Below, piece by piece: positions 24,001 through 39,000 of a stretch of 64,000 bases of DNA. A program made the translations under genes and the position numbers. Numbering within the stretch: the first letter of the stretch is position 1; each line of letters opens with the position of its first letter. The stretch lies in assembly GCF_964204645.1 (NCBI RefSeq), contig NC_134026.1:17580150-17644149 (forward strand), in the 5' to 3' direction. Source of the stretch: Tubulanus polymorphus. Lineage: Eukaryota > Animalia > Nemertea. The notes below the pieces were generated by a model. It had not been told where the DNA came from. It searched no databases and was given only the letters and a program-made list of their open reading frames with translations.

Positions 24001-27000
24001 TCCTGGAAGCTGCAAGAAATGCTGATGCGACTTTGACATGTGGTCACCTGGTGTCAATAATCGTAAAGAATAAAGGAATGGCTGGAGCTCCACTGTCGCT
24101 GTTAGCTAATCATATGGCTACTGCCCTGCATCACATACAGAATAGCGATGGAAAAAGACTGGGTATGATATGATGTTGCTTATATTTTATGACATATTTC
24201 GCCATAAAGCCCATGCAAAGTTTTACCATTTCCATCCTACTGTATACATGATTTTTAATGTTAAACCTACATGTTCAGAATAAGCTTATATGCACATGAT
24301 ATGTACTCCACAGATTTTGATTCCCAAATGAATTATGTCATTAGCATGCCCTTACGTGTATATTTTTTTGCCCATGTTTCTAATGCTTCATTATTTGATG
24401 TCATTTCTAATGAGGTTTGACTTTGGAACTAAGACAACCCAATGCCTTACTGACTTATAGCTTTTAGCACGTCTTGGAGCATGGGTTTATTAAGTCAGGT
24501 CCACTAAAACTGTCAATAGTTCTCGATAGCTTTACTCAGGAGACCAGCAAAAATAATGGTTAGAATTGAAAGACAATATTGATATTTGATAGCAGCTCAT
24601 CTATAGATTCTCAATGTATATTAGGTGCGCAAACGATGATGTATCAGTCGCAAGATTCTATGCAAACCGCAGCATTTGTAAGAGATTGTTTATGCGTATT
24701 GCCAAAACGAATCGCTGAAGCAGTTGCCTGTCAGGTAAGTCTGATTATGTGAAGCTACATAAACATCGATGGACTAAGAGATTTTAGATGATTACTTCAT
24801 GAAAATTGTTTTTTAGGTTTTTTTAGAACCATTCAGCAAAGTAGTAGGAGATGCCAAATCTAAACAGCTCCTTGTCGAAAGCTGTCAGACAGTGGCCCAT
24901 CACAATGCAATTATCAGACTTGGAATGGCTTTAGGTGTGAATGAATGGTCTCAAGCATTTGATGATCGTCTAAGATTACCATTTACAGGAACTACTACAA
25001 CAGATGATGATGAAGCTGGAATGGTGGGTATAAATGTGATCATATTTTATACCCTCGTTTGATTGTAATCTAGATATCTTCAAAAAATATTCCCAAATTC
25101 AACAATTCCTGAAGAAAATCATAACTACATGTCAAGGCATCAACCTCAAAATAGCAATCAAAATACTTTCAGATATAGAATTTACCATGAATGAATTATT
25201 ACCATATTAACATTAATGGACCTCGTTTATTAATTTATTGATTTTTTTAGTCATTTGAAGAAGAGAATTCTGAATCAGAAAGTGATAGTCTGAGTGATAG
25301 TGATACTTATGAAAGCATCCTTGATGATGTAGAACTTTCGGATGAACCAGAATTGTTAGAAAGGAAAGCAGTAAATCTTGAAGATGATGCAGGTGCTGGT
25401 TAGTTTCCATGAATTTTGGTCAATAAATTGTTTTTTGGGAGATGATCAAAATCAGTTTTCTTAACTAAGCAAGTTATAATTGGCCGATCTTTGATGCAAA
25501 TGTTTTCCCCCTGCATTCCAATTATTCGATGATGATTAAACTTTGGATGGAATTGAATTGAACTATAAATGTCGGCAATGAGCTTCTGTAGTACCAAAAG
25601 ATTACCCAGAAACCCAGAAACCCTGGGCTTTTTGGTGAATTTTGACCTGAAATAAAAATGTAGAATTGTTATAGTCCTCACGTTTGTAACATTATGCGCC
25701 TCATCTCAAACGTTTCCCCCTTCCTGCTCATATTGGTTGATAATATGACTGAAAACTGTCCATTATGTGTAGTTTCTAAGCACTTAAATATACTTATGTC
25801 AACGTGATATGGTGAGTGGTGCCATCTATGCATTTATCTACAAAGAGTTCACGAGTGGCTCCATCTATACACACATTTGAAAGCAATGTGACCATAGAGC
25901 GTTTTATATACCACAGTAAAGCATATATAAACCCCGTCAATCCTATGAGGTTTAACAATAGCCTTTGCAGCAACTCAAATTTCAGTCGGTCATAAATGGG
26001 CATATGGTGAACCCAACCAAAATTTGATCAGTAGTACTAAAGTGGTTTAAAATGACAACACAACGCATTTAATTTTATCGCATTCATCAGGAATTTGTTG
26101 CACCTTGAAAACTAATCATTCAGGAATTGGCAGTGTTTCGAAATGAAAAGAGCATTGATCACTAAAGTAGAGGGTTTATAGCTGCACAAGGGTGTTGGGA
26201 ATAAAAATCTTTCTTTTTCCTCCAGACAAACTGGTGCATGCAACTGATTCTGTCATCAAATCTGACGAAAATGTTCTGAACGATGTCAAGGAAGAAAATG
26301 GAGATAGCGAATTGAAACCTGACAAACCAGAAAAATTGAATCGTGATGAAACTGCAATACCAGATGAGATGGCACATATGACAGCTCTGGAGCAAGAACG
26401 TCTTGAAATCATCAACATTATTCGACGAGATGAGTTTGGTATGGGAGTTTTTTTGTCTGAAGATGCAGAGAAACTAATGCGTGTTCAACAAGAACGATTA
26501 GGCCGGAGTTTAGAAAGGTACATTAAATAATTGTTCTCCCAACTATAAAGTCTTTAATGTGCTCGCCATTGCTCTTACATGTGTGTTTTGCAATGCTGTA
26601 TATACTCGTGTAAAATCTGGATCCAATATTAATGGCTGACCGTAGTGCCTCTTGGGGCTCTTGTTTCTCATATCGGATGGATGACCTCGATATGCTGATT
26701 AGCCGTGTGCTTGAATTCATAAAAAAACCCAAAAAGCTTACCCCTGTGTACTAGATGTGATTCTTACCGAGTCAGATGACGTGGAGTCAAATCCTCGACC
26801 CCCAAAAAATGCTGAGTGTTTCCCTTGCGGCTGTTGCGAATCAAACGTATATAGCTATAGATGCGACAGTTTTGTCTTCCGTAGCTACGAAGTGGACACA
26901 TCCAACTACTACAACCCAATAGAGGATGAATACATAACCATCGACTCGGTCAACTAAGTTTTCAGCCCACTAAAAGCAAGTAGCCCATGCGCACCAGCAG

Positions 27001-30000
27001 GGAAGCATGATAGCACCGCCCAAAAGTCGCCTGGGAAACCCAGACGCACTGTAAACCCCCCAAAACATCGAAGCGCCACCATTCAAGCCGCTCGAATGGC
27101 TCAAGCTCAGCATTTAATGCCTCAGAGTTTGCAGCAGTATTAGAGTACATCAAGCCCTATGTTATCTGTGCCACTAAGTGATGGTAAAACGCCAATATAA
27201 AATCCAGTGAGATCTTTCCCCCATGGTTCAATGTCTACAGAAAGGATCGTAGTTCGCTGGGTGGTGGGGTGTTCGTCCTCGTACACAAGGACCTAACCTC
27301 GGCACTGTACCCAATCGAAACAACCAGTGAGTCTGTATGGGTGACTGTCGACCTGAAATAACAGAGAAACATCCCCATTGGCTCTTTCACCGGGACCACA
27401 GACATGTCGAGTCACTAGAAGAACAGCTGCAAACCATCTTCACTACTGGGAAGCAAATATTGCTGGCTGGTGACTGCCTGAATATCAACTGGGAAGCGTT
27501 AACTGTAGCCGCAAACAGTCAGGATAGGCCTGTGCAAAAGGCACTCATCGATATCATAACCACAGCTGAAATAACCCAAGTCCATGAAGAGCCAACAAGG
27601 GATGACAAAATACTGGATCTCGTCTTTACAAATAATCCATCACTTGTCAAAAGCTCTGTGTCAATCCCGGGCCTTTCCGACCACGACATGGTCATACAGA
27701 CATTGACATTAAACCCCAAACAAGTCGAAGAAGACCCAGACGACATTATCACTTCAATAAAGCAAATTGGGACGATATAAACACCGATCTAGCAGGACAT
27801 CAATAAAATCGAGGCGTCGAAGATATGTGGAACCACTGTAAGTCCGTCCTTTTCCGATCAATAAATCAAAATGTACCCTCGAAGACGTCAAGGGTAAGAA
27901 ACTCCCTCCCGTGGCTGACCCCAGCAGTACACAAGCTCCTAAAACGGAAAAAAGACTATTGACAAAGGCTTAGAAATCTGGAAACTGGAAAGTCTTTCGT
28001 AGCTTCCAAAAAGAGTAAACGCAATATTCATCGTACCGAGTGAGACTTTGTAAACAAGACCATTCAAGACGGCAAACAAAATGGCAACTCTAAACTCTTC
28101 TGACATTATGATATCCAATTTGATATCCTCACGCCACTAAACCATGGATTCCGTGTCGGCCACTCATGTGAGACACAGCTGGTTACCACAGTCGACGGAC
28201 ATGGTACCGCACGACAAGCTACTACATAAACTATCCCACTACGGCATCCATGGAAACCTCCACTCTTGGATCTCAAACTTTCTATCCAAGGGGAAGAAGA
28301 TGAGGGCAGTACTCGACAGCGAGATATCAGAAGAAACAACTGTCGATTCCGGCGTACCACAGTGCACCGTACTCGGTCCTCTGCTTTTTCTCTGCCATAT
28401 TAATGACTTAATCAGTCACTTCACAAATTCGACTATTTGCTGATGAATGTCTCATCTACAGGCAAATAAAATCATTTGCTGACCACATCTAGCTCCGGAA
28501 GGACCTAGAAGCACTAGAAAGATGGGCCATCAAGTAGGGCATGAAGTTCAACGCAAAAAAATGCTTCTTCCTGCGGATATGTGAAAGGACTACCTACATG
28601 TACTCTCTAAATGATGTTGTATTGCAAGTCATTTCAAACAACCTGTACTTGGGCATCATCATTTCGAACAGCCTTAAATGGAGCGACCATATAGAAAGTA
28701 TTTGTGGAAAAACCCTTCGAACGCTAGATTTCTTATGTCGAAACCTCCAGAACTGTGCAAAGTTTGCAGAAATGCTACAGTCACTAAACCTCCCACCCCT
28801 AGCCGAAAGAAGGAAGCAATCACGTCTAGTGCTCTTTTACAGGGTCGTAGAGGGGTCAGTTCCAGCGCTACCCGCCGATAAGTTTGTCATACCGTTTCGA
28901 ACCTCCCTTGTTCAAAGCACCTATCTGATTACGATTACGAAAGCTCAAACCCGGTTGAAAGATACATAGTAAAAAACATTTGCGGGTTCGTTGTCCCGCT
29001 TATAGAAAATGACCAGTACAAAAACTCGTGTTTCGTTGGGACTACACTTGAGTGGAACCATCTTGATAACAGCGTAGTGAAACCAGGACTTTCAGCAGCT
29101 AAGTTCCGAGAACTCATCTGCTCGTCCCCTCAATAGACACATCGCCCTGTCCCCACCGTGTACATTCGATGCCAAAAGTGATCACGTCAACGTAAAAAAG
29201 CAGAAACAGAGAATTGTAAATTCAATCAAAATATATTTGCATAAAATATATCAAATCCAAATCAATTCTGTTTTATTGAACAAAATAACATCAAATTCAA
29301 TTATATTTTATTCCGCATTCGATTCAATAAGACAAGGGGAAAAGATTGATCTTAGGCATTCATTCCTGCTGTCTGTTTTACTTATAAAAACACAAAATCT
29401 TGTACTGTGTAGATAAGATTGAAGTAGGAGTGCATTTTGACAAATGTTACCCACCCACAGATAGCATCATTTATAAAAAAGCGAATATTTCTGGCTGGCC
29501 ATGTGAGGCGCTTCTTGTTCTAAAGAGTTAAATATTGACATGTATACAATTTTTCCATTATATTGGTACCTATGCACATTTCGTAATCAATTGCAAAATA
29601 GTTGCACTGGCATGCTCTACGATTATGGTGAGTTTCAAGGTCATTAGTTTCTGTATATGTTCACCAGCGGGCATTGGATAGAGGAATACGGTGATATCTA
29701 TCCAGACATATAAAATAGTACGGTGGAACCTACCAAAACTATGAAGACTTATCTACGTATTTCATGTGAATCCACATTAACTAGAACTCAACTGACCTAT
29801 CCTACATAAACATGGTTAGTTCGAATATGTGAATTTTTTTGGTGGACAAAATCACTTGTTAGATAGGAGAACGTCAATCATAATAGGTTTAAAATCTTCG
29901 AAATGAAGTGTGAAGCCATGTTTTGTCAGGTGGGAATTTTTCTGGTTCTATTACAGATTGTCAAGGGATTTGTATACGAGAGACACTCATTTTGTGCTAG

Positions 30001-33000
30001 AGTTGATTCAGAATGCTGATGATAATGCCTATCCAGAGAGAACAAAGTCAAAGCGTTTCATTCCGTCGATGCAGTTTATCATTGACAATGATTCTGTTAC
30101 AATTCTGAATAATGAATGTGGATTTAAACCGGAACACATGAAAGCATTGTGCGATGTTGGTAACAGTACAAAAGGAAAACACAAATATGGTTATATTGGT
30201 AGGTACCATACATTCATGTTCAAATAGTTTTTAGCCCACTTGGGAAGTTTTCAATACTCTTGATGTATTATCTTGCTTTTTGGTTTGCCTATATTATCAA
30301 CAGTTGGTTGGCAACCTGCCAAGGTCTTTGTTAAATTGCGGCACAAAATATCTATGGGGTTGTTTTTATTGTGAAGCAAGTAAAACTGATCCGCTGAGGT
30401 TTTGGTCCAAAACTTCAAAACTCCTTCGCTGTCTACAAGTTTCTTGCACTGGCCTTGTAATAATGATAATAATAATAATATATTTTCTTATATAATGCAG
30501 TTATAAAATCTTAACCACTGCGCTTTACATTCTAGAACTACATTATAAAAGTACAAGTTAAAAATTAATCACCATTAGTAGAGGAGCAGCCAGGTCCTAT
30601 CTTGCTATCAGGGCTTTCATTTCATATATTCATATCACGAAATTACGTACAAGTCTGCGACAAAATCAAAAAGTTTCATCCAATTTGAGAAAATTCTACG
30701 TTTTTTTCGAGGCACCACCTCATGGATTTTGTATTGAAGCTCGGTTCCAAAAACTCTAAATCGTAATTTTAGACAATCATTATTGCGGAATTAAATGCTT
30801 CACATTTTTATCATTCCTTGATGATTATCTTAAACACTTTGGACACAGTGACGTTTTTAAGTTGGAGAAGCGTGAATGTAGCACATCACCAAAAATACAA
30901 CCATTTTTGGTTTTTCCAGTGATTTACGCAAACGTCAGTATCTCCTTGAAATATCAGTTTTAATATACAGTAAACCGGTCCCGGTAATCCACTCAACTCG
31001 GTAGAATTGTCATAAGAATCTCATTTGCAATACAGTCAACCCCCGATATTCAGCCCACATCGGTGCAGAACGATTTTGGCGGTATAGAGAGTATGGCAGT
31101 ACATTAGGGGTGTTTTACTATGTATTTGTTTTGAGATGTACATAGGGAAAACCTGGCGGTAGGCGGGGTTGCGGTAAATGGGAGGGCGGTATATTGGGGG
31201 TTCACTCCACATTAATTATTAATTTGTTCTATTCGGTAACCACCAAATTGGTGAAAAATAAAACTAATAGTGAGTCAAGCTATCAAAAACTCCTGGCATG
31301 TGCTGCAAAATTAACGACAACATTCCGACCCGTAACAGAAACATCCGACTGTACACGGTATATTAGCCCGAGCACAAGAACAGTTTTTTGTGCACATGCT
31401 TACAGTACATTTACAGACATTGCGAGACGTTTTCACTGGTTTTGCCGTCTTTGTCATTAACACCGGTGCCATCGTGCCAGTATCGGTAAATTTCCAACCA
31501 AAGAGTGTCGGATTTGGGATGATAGGTTGATATTCTACTGATTCCCTGTAAAGCAGTAGCTGATAAAGTGATCGCAACGTGTGTTGCCTGAATTAATCTT
31601 CGGTTGGTGGTAAAAAACGTAGATCTGACGATTTCGAAGCAAAAAGATGCTGATGCAAAGTATCTAATGATTTAAAATGTTCTGTAGATTTACCATACAA
31701 CGACACAAAGATAGAAACAGCTTCGGCAAAAATCTCATCAGTTGGGCTATGGTCTTTATTTGCCATGTAGTGAACCAGATGTGGCAATTTACCAATAAGT
31801 TTTATAGCTACACTTGCTGATCGACACTTCCCTTTTCGAAACGGGTAACTGACACTGTCACATCCTGTCAAAACGTACGTGCTAAGTAACGTAACCATTG
31901 CATTATGGGGATCGATTTCATTCATACAGAGATGGTTGACATACTCATGGATGGGGAGGAAAGTATTAGCTAGCAGCTTTTCAACCCACAGCTCACCAAT
32001 GTCCAATTTGGTCTTGTTGTACAGGGCCAGCATTATTATATCGGTATCCGTGGCTCTTATTACTGCTCGATTGACTGTCAGCGTCTCAGTCGAATACCGG
32101 AGATGAGCAAAAATCCTGGTATCTTCCTCTTCGTGGCCCTTGCATTGGAAAGCTATTGGCTCTTCGACGCTGTGTTTTGTTGCGGCCCAGGTTGTATCAC
32201 TAGCTGTACATCCTCCGATATATAATACTATCCCATCAGGGATTACATCGTGACTTCTGATAATGTATTCTGCGATGTAGTCCAGCAAGTTAGCTTTATT
32301 TCTATCCACACTCAAGAACACTTTCCAGTCTCGTTTAGGTTGTCTCGCACACAGTATTCTTTACAAGTTTTTCCTTTCTTTCTTCTGTCTCTCTCTGCTT
32401 CTTTCAAACTTCTCTCTCCAAAATCATATCGGTCGCCTACTAGATGTATTTGCTTGCAGTTTTTTGGCATGATTACGAACAATTTTCTCATCAATGATTC
32501 GGCCATACTTTTAAAATCCGGTGCGCTTAATTTTTCGTACTGGTGGATAAGTGCCATGGCATCAATTATATACGTGGTTGCTTGGTTGTTACCAGGTGGA
32601 AGGCTCTCATATGTTGGCAGGTCATGAAGTAGTTTCTTCGTAAAGTCACTTTTATTGCCTTTTCTCATTTGTATACCATTCTCATTTTTTTCAAAGAGTG
32701 ATGATGGGAAGTCTGTCCACTCATGTGTTAATGCTGTGCTACTTTCCTCTTCGGGCATGAAGCATAATGCACGTGTGACGAGACTTTCATCCTGGTATAT
32801 GTTGACTAGTTTTTTCTCCTTGCTCACCTTAGACACTTTATTTGAGTTGGAGAATGTCATAAGTGCAGGAGTCTTGATGGCCATGAGGTTTTTGTTTTTA
32901 GCGGACTTGAGAGAAGATATACCAATGTCTCGCGCATTTGCCAAATCGGAGGATAACAGAACCTCTCCAGAACTGATGTTGATGATGTTGCTTTGGTCTG

Positions 33001-36000
33001 TAGTCTGAAATGAATTGGGATTTGAAGGAAAAAATTATCTTTTTGACAGCATTGTTATCTTTTCCAGTCTGCTTTTTTGTGTCGGCATGATGTTTTGTAG
33101 ATATGTTGGTGTTAATTTTGACCATTGACTTGAGACATTTCGATACCTTTGCCAGGAATGGGACAGACTGGACATATTTCTCTTGGGTAACTGGTTTTGT
33201 TGTTAAGCCTTTGAGCAGGTGATTCTTTCCATGGCGGTTGATTGACTGTTCCAGACCCAGGTCTGTCCAAACTCCATTGCATTTGTTTGTGGTGTGATGG
33301 ACTGTGAAATTTCCATTGATAAATTGTCGGTAAACTTCAGGGAATTTTGTTGGAAGTTTTCTCATATCGTCAATATAATGTGATAATGCTGGTACATAGT
33401 TGGTATGTCCCGCAGCGATAGTGTATGGGATCATTCTCTCGACTTCCGTGAGATGTGCTACCCAGTCCCCTGAACGCTCAGCCTTGATGTATCGCAATAG
33501 AATGTGTACCATATCTATGTACATTAACCAGAATTTTGCTGTCATGTTTGCTTCAATTAGATTTTTCAAATGATCTGTCCATCTTTCGTTCAGCACCTCG
33601 ATTTCTGATCTAAGTTCACAAAACATACGTTTGAAATTTAAGATATCTTCATTTTCACAACAATTCTTCTGAAGCAATTCTATACGTTTCATATGGATAT
33701 TTTTGCCTGTTACTCCGACAAATGACTGCCAAAGCATGTTTTCTAATTACTCAACTATATTCAAATGGTACTTTAAGGTTGAATAGTAATCTTTGCCGGA
33801 CACTACTTTGTCTGTTGTTCCACTTTTACATAGGTCATTTTCTAAAAGGATGGCTTCAAAGCCGCTTTGCTTCATTAATGTACCAATACTGGCCATGAAA
33901 TTTGTTGCAATGTGGAATCCACCAAGTCTGACAATGACATTTTCATACTTTTTCTCGTTTTTATGAACTATGCCTTTTAGAATATCATAAATCTTCTGAT
34001 CTGCAGTTACGACTGTATCCTGTTGGCCCAGGTTCACAGTGACGTCTACCAAGTAATCATGTGACTTGTGTACAACAGCATGCGATGTTGGCGAATGTGG
34101 GAACATCGGACCATATGCTACGGTTGTTGGCCTGTTCAATTCAGGATGCAGGCAGTCCAAGAATGATGACCAACTTAGCAATGCGGTTTCTTTATCATAA
34201 TCACGTGAAGCTGAACGGATTAGTGACCATAGGAAGCTCTCATCTGTAATGAGGCTGGTGCCATATAGACTGCCTTCTCCCATTGAAGCAGTGTCGACTA
34301 CGATATCTATCATAGATCGTGCCTTGCGACTATCGTTCAAACTGGCATTGCTTTCAGGTACAGAGAAACGACATGGTGAAATTGTCCTTCTCTTCTTCTT
34401 TACCGGCACAGTACAACTTTCCTTGGTATCATTTCCATATTGGTAAAACACATGTGTTGTCCCATGGAATGTGGAACCATCGCTTGTTTTATCATTAAAG
34501 TCAAGGTTATCAAAAGCTGTCTGGAGAAATTGGCCTTCCTTCAACTCACTAGGAACAAAACGTCCATCAACACTATGTTCTCCAATACTTTGTACCTCAG
34601 CTGTAATAATACGTTGACCCGAATCATAACTGATAGCATGACCAAGCTTATTGAGTAATTCTATTGTTTCCTTGCTTCTTGTGGTTTTCAAAACATGCAA
34701 TGTTAATGCAGAATTTTTTGGCATCGCTAGGCATGTAGCCTGTGCCATCATATGCTGAGCTGTCGACAAAACTTGCAATTCTTCACTTTCTGATAAACAC
34801 TCTCCAGCATCTTTATCTGACAAAATCTAAGCCAAATGGTTGTACAGTTCAACTGGGACCCGCTTTCTTGCTTCATCAAGACTTATTTCCATTGTATTCA
34901 CATCTGTTTGTTTGAAGGTAGTTGCAAGTTTTTTCATTAATGATCGGATGTGCTTTGCCAATGTGAATGAATCACAGTTGAAATTCAATTGACGTGGGTA
35001 TTTCACTTTTTCAGCTGGTTCTATTTCATGTGCATCTTGCAATTTCATCAATTGAGTGCACAGGTCACTCACAGTTATGGATCCCGAACATATGATGGTC
35101 ATGCGTTTATACTGCACTGGTATCGCTTGAATAGAATCTCCATACCTATTAGATAGTTTTTTTAGAAGACGTGCTGACCGAATACTTGGACTTTCATTAA
35201 GAGAATTTTCGTCAGATTTCATCTCAGCAAATCTACTTGTTAAGCCGCTTAAGTTAAACGCATCTCCATTCTTTATTACTTGTTCGTCTATAAAATCACA
35301 GAGCTTGGTAAATGCCGCATCGGGTAATTTTGGTGAACTTGCCCGTTTATTTAAATAATTATCCATACAGGGAGGGTGGTAATGGTATCCTTCTAGATTT
35401 TTTGGACTCCCAATATGACTTACTAGTTTACTGATCATATGCTCATCACCCAACTCCTTGGCTTTTTCATACAATCTGGTTTTGTCTTGTCTGTGCATAA
35501 TCAAACATATGCATTTTCCGATCTTTCTTATATCTCTCTTTCTCGCAAAGTAGACACTTTTGTTTAGTCACATCATGTTGCGTGCTTCTTTTCGTGGTTG
35601 ATGGTGGTGGTAAACACATGGGTCCATATTTTCTTTATCTTCAACTTTCACCGGGATGCGAAAAAGTGCATCGGGAATCTCTTTCAGAATATTCATTTTT
35701 GTTGGTTTTGGTATTTCCATACTTTTCCTGCAAAATATAAATTGTAAATAAAATTACACATGTATATTTATTATACACAACTGACTGTATATATACTGAA
35801 ATATAAACGAAAATTTGGTTCCCTTTGGGCTAGATATTTAAGTGCTGAAATCTCAATGAAAATTTGGGCATAGGTCTGGGCTAGATATTTAAGCGCTGAA
35901 ATATCAATGAAAATTTGGGCATAGGTTCACCTCTGGGCTAGACATTTAAGCGCTGAAATATCAATGAAAATTTGGGCATAGGTTCCCCTCTGGGCTAGAT

Positions 36001-39000
36001 ATTTAAGCACTGAAATATCAATGAAAATTTGGGCATAGGTTCCCCTCTGGGCTAGACATTTAAGCGCTGAAATATAAATGAAAATTTGGGCATAGGTTCC
36101 CCTTTGGGCTAGACATTTAAGAGCTGAATTATAAATGAAAATTTGGGCATAGGTTCCCCTTTGGGCTAAACATTTAAGCACTGAAATATAAATGAAAATT
36201 TGGGCATAGGTTCCCCTTTGGGCTAGACAGACATTTAAGCACTGAAATATTTAGATGAAAATTTGGGTAGGCCTATAGGTTCCCCTCTGGGCTAGACAGA
36301 CATTTAAGAGCTAAATTATAAATGAAAATCTGGGCATAGGTTCCCCTTTCGGCTAAACATTTAAGCACTGAAATATTTAGATGAAAATTTGGGTATAGGA
36401 AGCATTAAAATATGAATGAAACCCAATCAGGCATAGGTTCACCAAAAAATTTTGTGACTTATACATGTATATCATATCGGCCTAACCATTTGAAATGGAC
36501 ATTAATGCGGACAATTCTTTTTCTTTTGAAAAACAAAGCCTATATTTTTTCAGCTTATCAGGTTCACCCAGTCCTGGCAGTGGTTGCCTCCAAAGAGATC
36601 TCCGTCGCCCTACGATCCTAGTGTAACCAACAACCCAGACACATTCACTCAAATTCGCTGTACATCAGATACTAAAGCCTAGCGCACATCGACACTGCGA
36701 TTGGAGACAACTAGTTGCTACCGAACGATTACCCCGCGCACATCGAAATCTAGTTACAACCGGTCAGTTGCAGCAACTGCATGGTGCATGTCGATCGTCG
36801 AGATCCGGAGCGCGCACATCGACGGATATGACTGCGATTGAGTACAACCAGTTGCTCAAAAGTAGAACATGGGCAACTGGCTGGAACTGGAGTTAGATCG
36901 ACGCTTACCAATCGTAAGCTCGCTCACATCGACACATTAAAGCAACTGATCGTATCCAGCCATGCGCCGAAAACTGCCTTGCAACAAGTTGTCTCCAATC
37001 GCAGTGTCGATGTGCGCTAGGCTTAAGGTTCTTGGTGAAATCATAGGCCCATAGGTATTATAATCCATTCCATGATTAATTTTGTAGTTCATCGAAAAAG
37101 AGAGAAGAAGTGATATTTACTTACCAAATTATGTTTGAAGTTTCATTTTAGACAATTTCCATCAAATACATGCTATGAATTTAAAAGGTTGGCTTTCCGT
37201 GTCCGGCAATCAGAGCATACTTTACTATCAACAGCAGATAACTTGAATCAATGCATAAATCCTCGGTCAGTTTCAACAAATTTAACAACAATTAAAGATG
37301 TTATTTGTACAATGTTACCAAGTAACAGAAGTAACAGATGGTAGGTGATGATGAAATGAATGTCCCATTTCAATTCTGAAACACTATAAGAGTGCATTTC
37401 ATTTCTTACAGCAGTTACAGTTATTTATTTCTTAAAACACTAAAAATCATGACTAAAAGAAGTAGCATTTTTTATTATAGAATATTCAGTACCAGGATTG
37501 TGCGATAACAAAGGACATAAATATAATTAAATGCATATGATATGATTTGATTTTAGACACATTGAACTATAATCTATTAAAATGTGGCTTTTTGATTTTC
37601 CATTCTATAAATGTTCGTACTATTATAAACCAACAATGGTCGTATTTTTGGTGATGCGCTACATTCACTGTGTCCAAAGTTTTTAAAATAATCATCAAGG
37701 AATGATATAAATGTGAAGCATATAATTCCGCAATAATGATTAATGTCTAAAATTACGATTTAGAATTTTTGGAAGCGAGCTTTAATACAAAATCCATGAG
37801 AAAAAAACGTGTCTTGAAAAAAACGTAAAATTTTCTCAAATTGGATGAAACTTTTTGATTTTGTCGCAGACTTGTACGTAATTTCGCGATATGAATATAT
37901 GAAATTAAAGCCCTGATAAATCTATATACAATGAAAAAAGAATTACTTCCATACCTATAAAACTCTTTGTTTTATTCGCAGATTAGTAAATGATGCAATT
38001 TTAGTTCCCTCGGCTGACAATTGGGGGCGTTTAACCATTTTCGCACCACCTGTTACCATGGAAACGACCATCACCAGAACCGTACATGACCCCCCTATCA
38101 CAAAATAACAATATCCCGAGCAGAGCAAATGTGTCAATGAGAATCTCAAAATTCCTCTTTCTGCTCCTCTACTACTTTTTAAAAATATTTCCCTAAATTA
38201 TTATTAGAAAATGCCGATAGTAAGACCGTGGGAAAGTTTTTATCGTTGAATAGGGGAATCACGGCGGCAGAGTGCACCTGTGATAAGGCGGAAATAGTTC
38301 CATCTAAAGGCAAAGCTTTTAAATTATTACCGTAAAAACTGGCATATAAGTCTACGCAGCGTATAAGTCGAGGTCGATTTTTAGATCTACATTTCATGAT
38401 TTTAACATATATTGATTGGTACCTGGGGATATTTGGTTACCATGATCAATTGCAAAGTTGTAGTTTATGACATGTTCTATGATTGTGGTGAGTTTCAAGG
38501 TCATTGGGTTTTGCATATGGTCACCAAGGGGCGTTGAATAGTAGAATAACTTAGTATTTCCTTATTAGATTGGTACGTAGGGCTATTTTGTTACCATGAC
38601 CCATTGCAAAGTTGTAGTTTATGACATGTTCTATGATTGTGGTGAGTTTCAAGGTCATTGGGTTTTGCATATGGTCACCAGGGGGCGTTGAATAATACAA
38701 TAACTTAGTATTTCTATATTATATTTGTACCTACGCATATTTTGTTACCACAATCAATTGCAAAGTTGTAGCTCATGACATCGTCTATGATTGTGGTGAG
38801 TTTCAAGGACATAAGTTATTCTAATAAGTTATTCACCAGGGGGCGTTGAATAGAAGAAGAACTTGGTATTTCCTTATTAGATTGGTACCTAGGGATATTT
38901 GGTTACCATGATCAATTGCAAAGTTGTAGTTCATGACATGTTTTATGATTGTGGTGAGTTTCAAGGTCATTGGTTTTTGTATATGGTCATCAGGGGCATT

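Larger units (their letters stand above)
30576..38174 (-). mobile_element. Academ (AcademX) DNA transposon, about 7.6 kb, in a NOV intron
   Basis: Termini TAGTAGAGGAGCAG / CTGCTCCTCTACTA (TAG...CTA), flanks cat/ctt (imperfect 3-bp TSD), ~300-bp inverted repeats at 30606-30898 and 37641-37918, and a single long transposase-XPG-Cys8 gene. Confidence 0.85.

Noticed and set aside
35810-36400. Regular repeats and the ORF 35927-36181 (LKCLAQRGTYAQIFI repeats) as a CRISPR array or repeat protein
   Set aside because: The units are contiguous with no unique spacers, there are no cas genes, and the context is eukaryotic. The ORF is a by-product of a 57-bp (3n) minisatellite.
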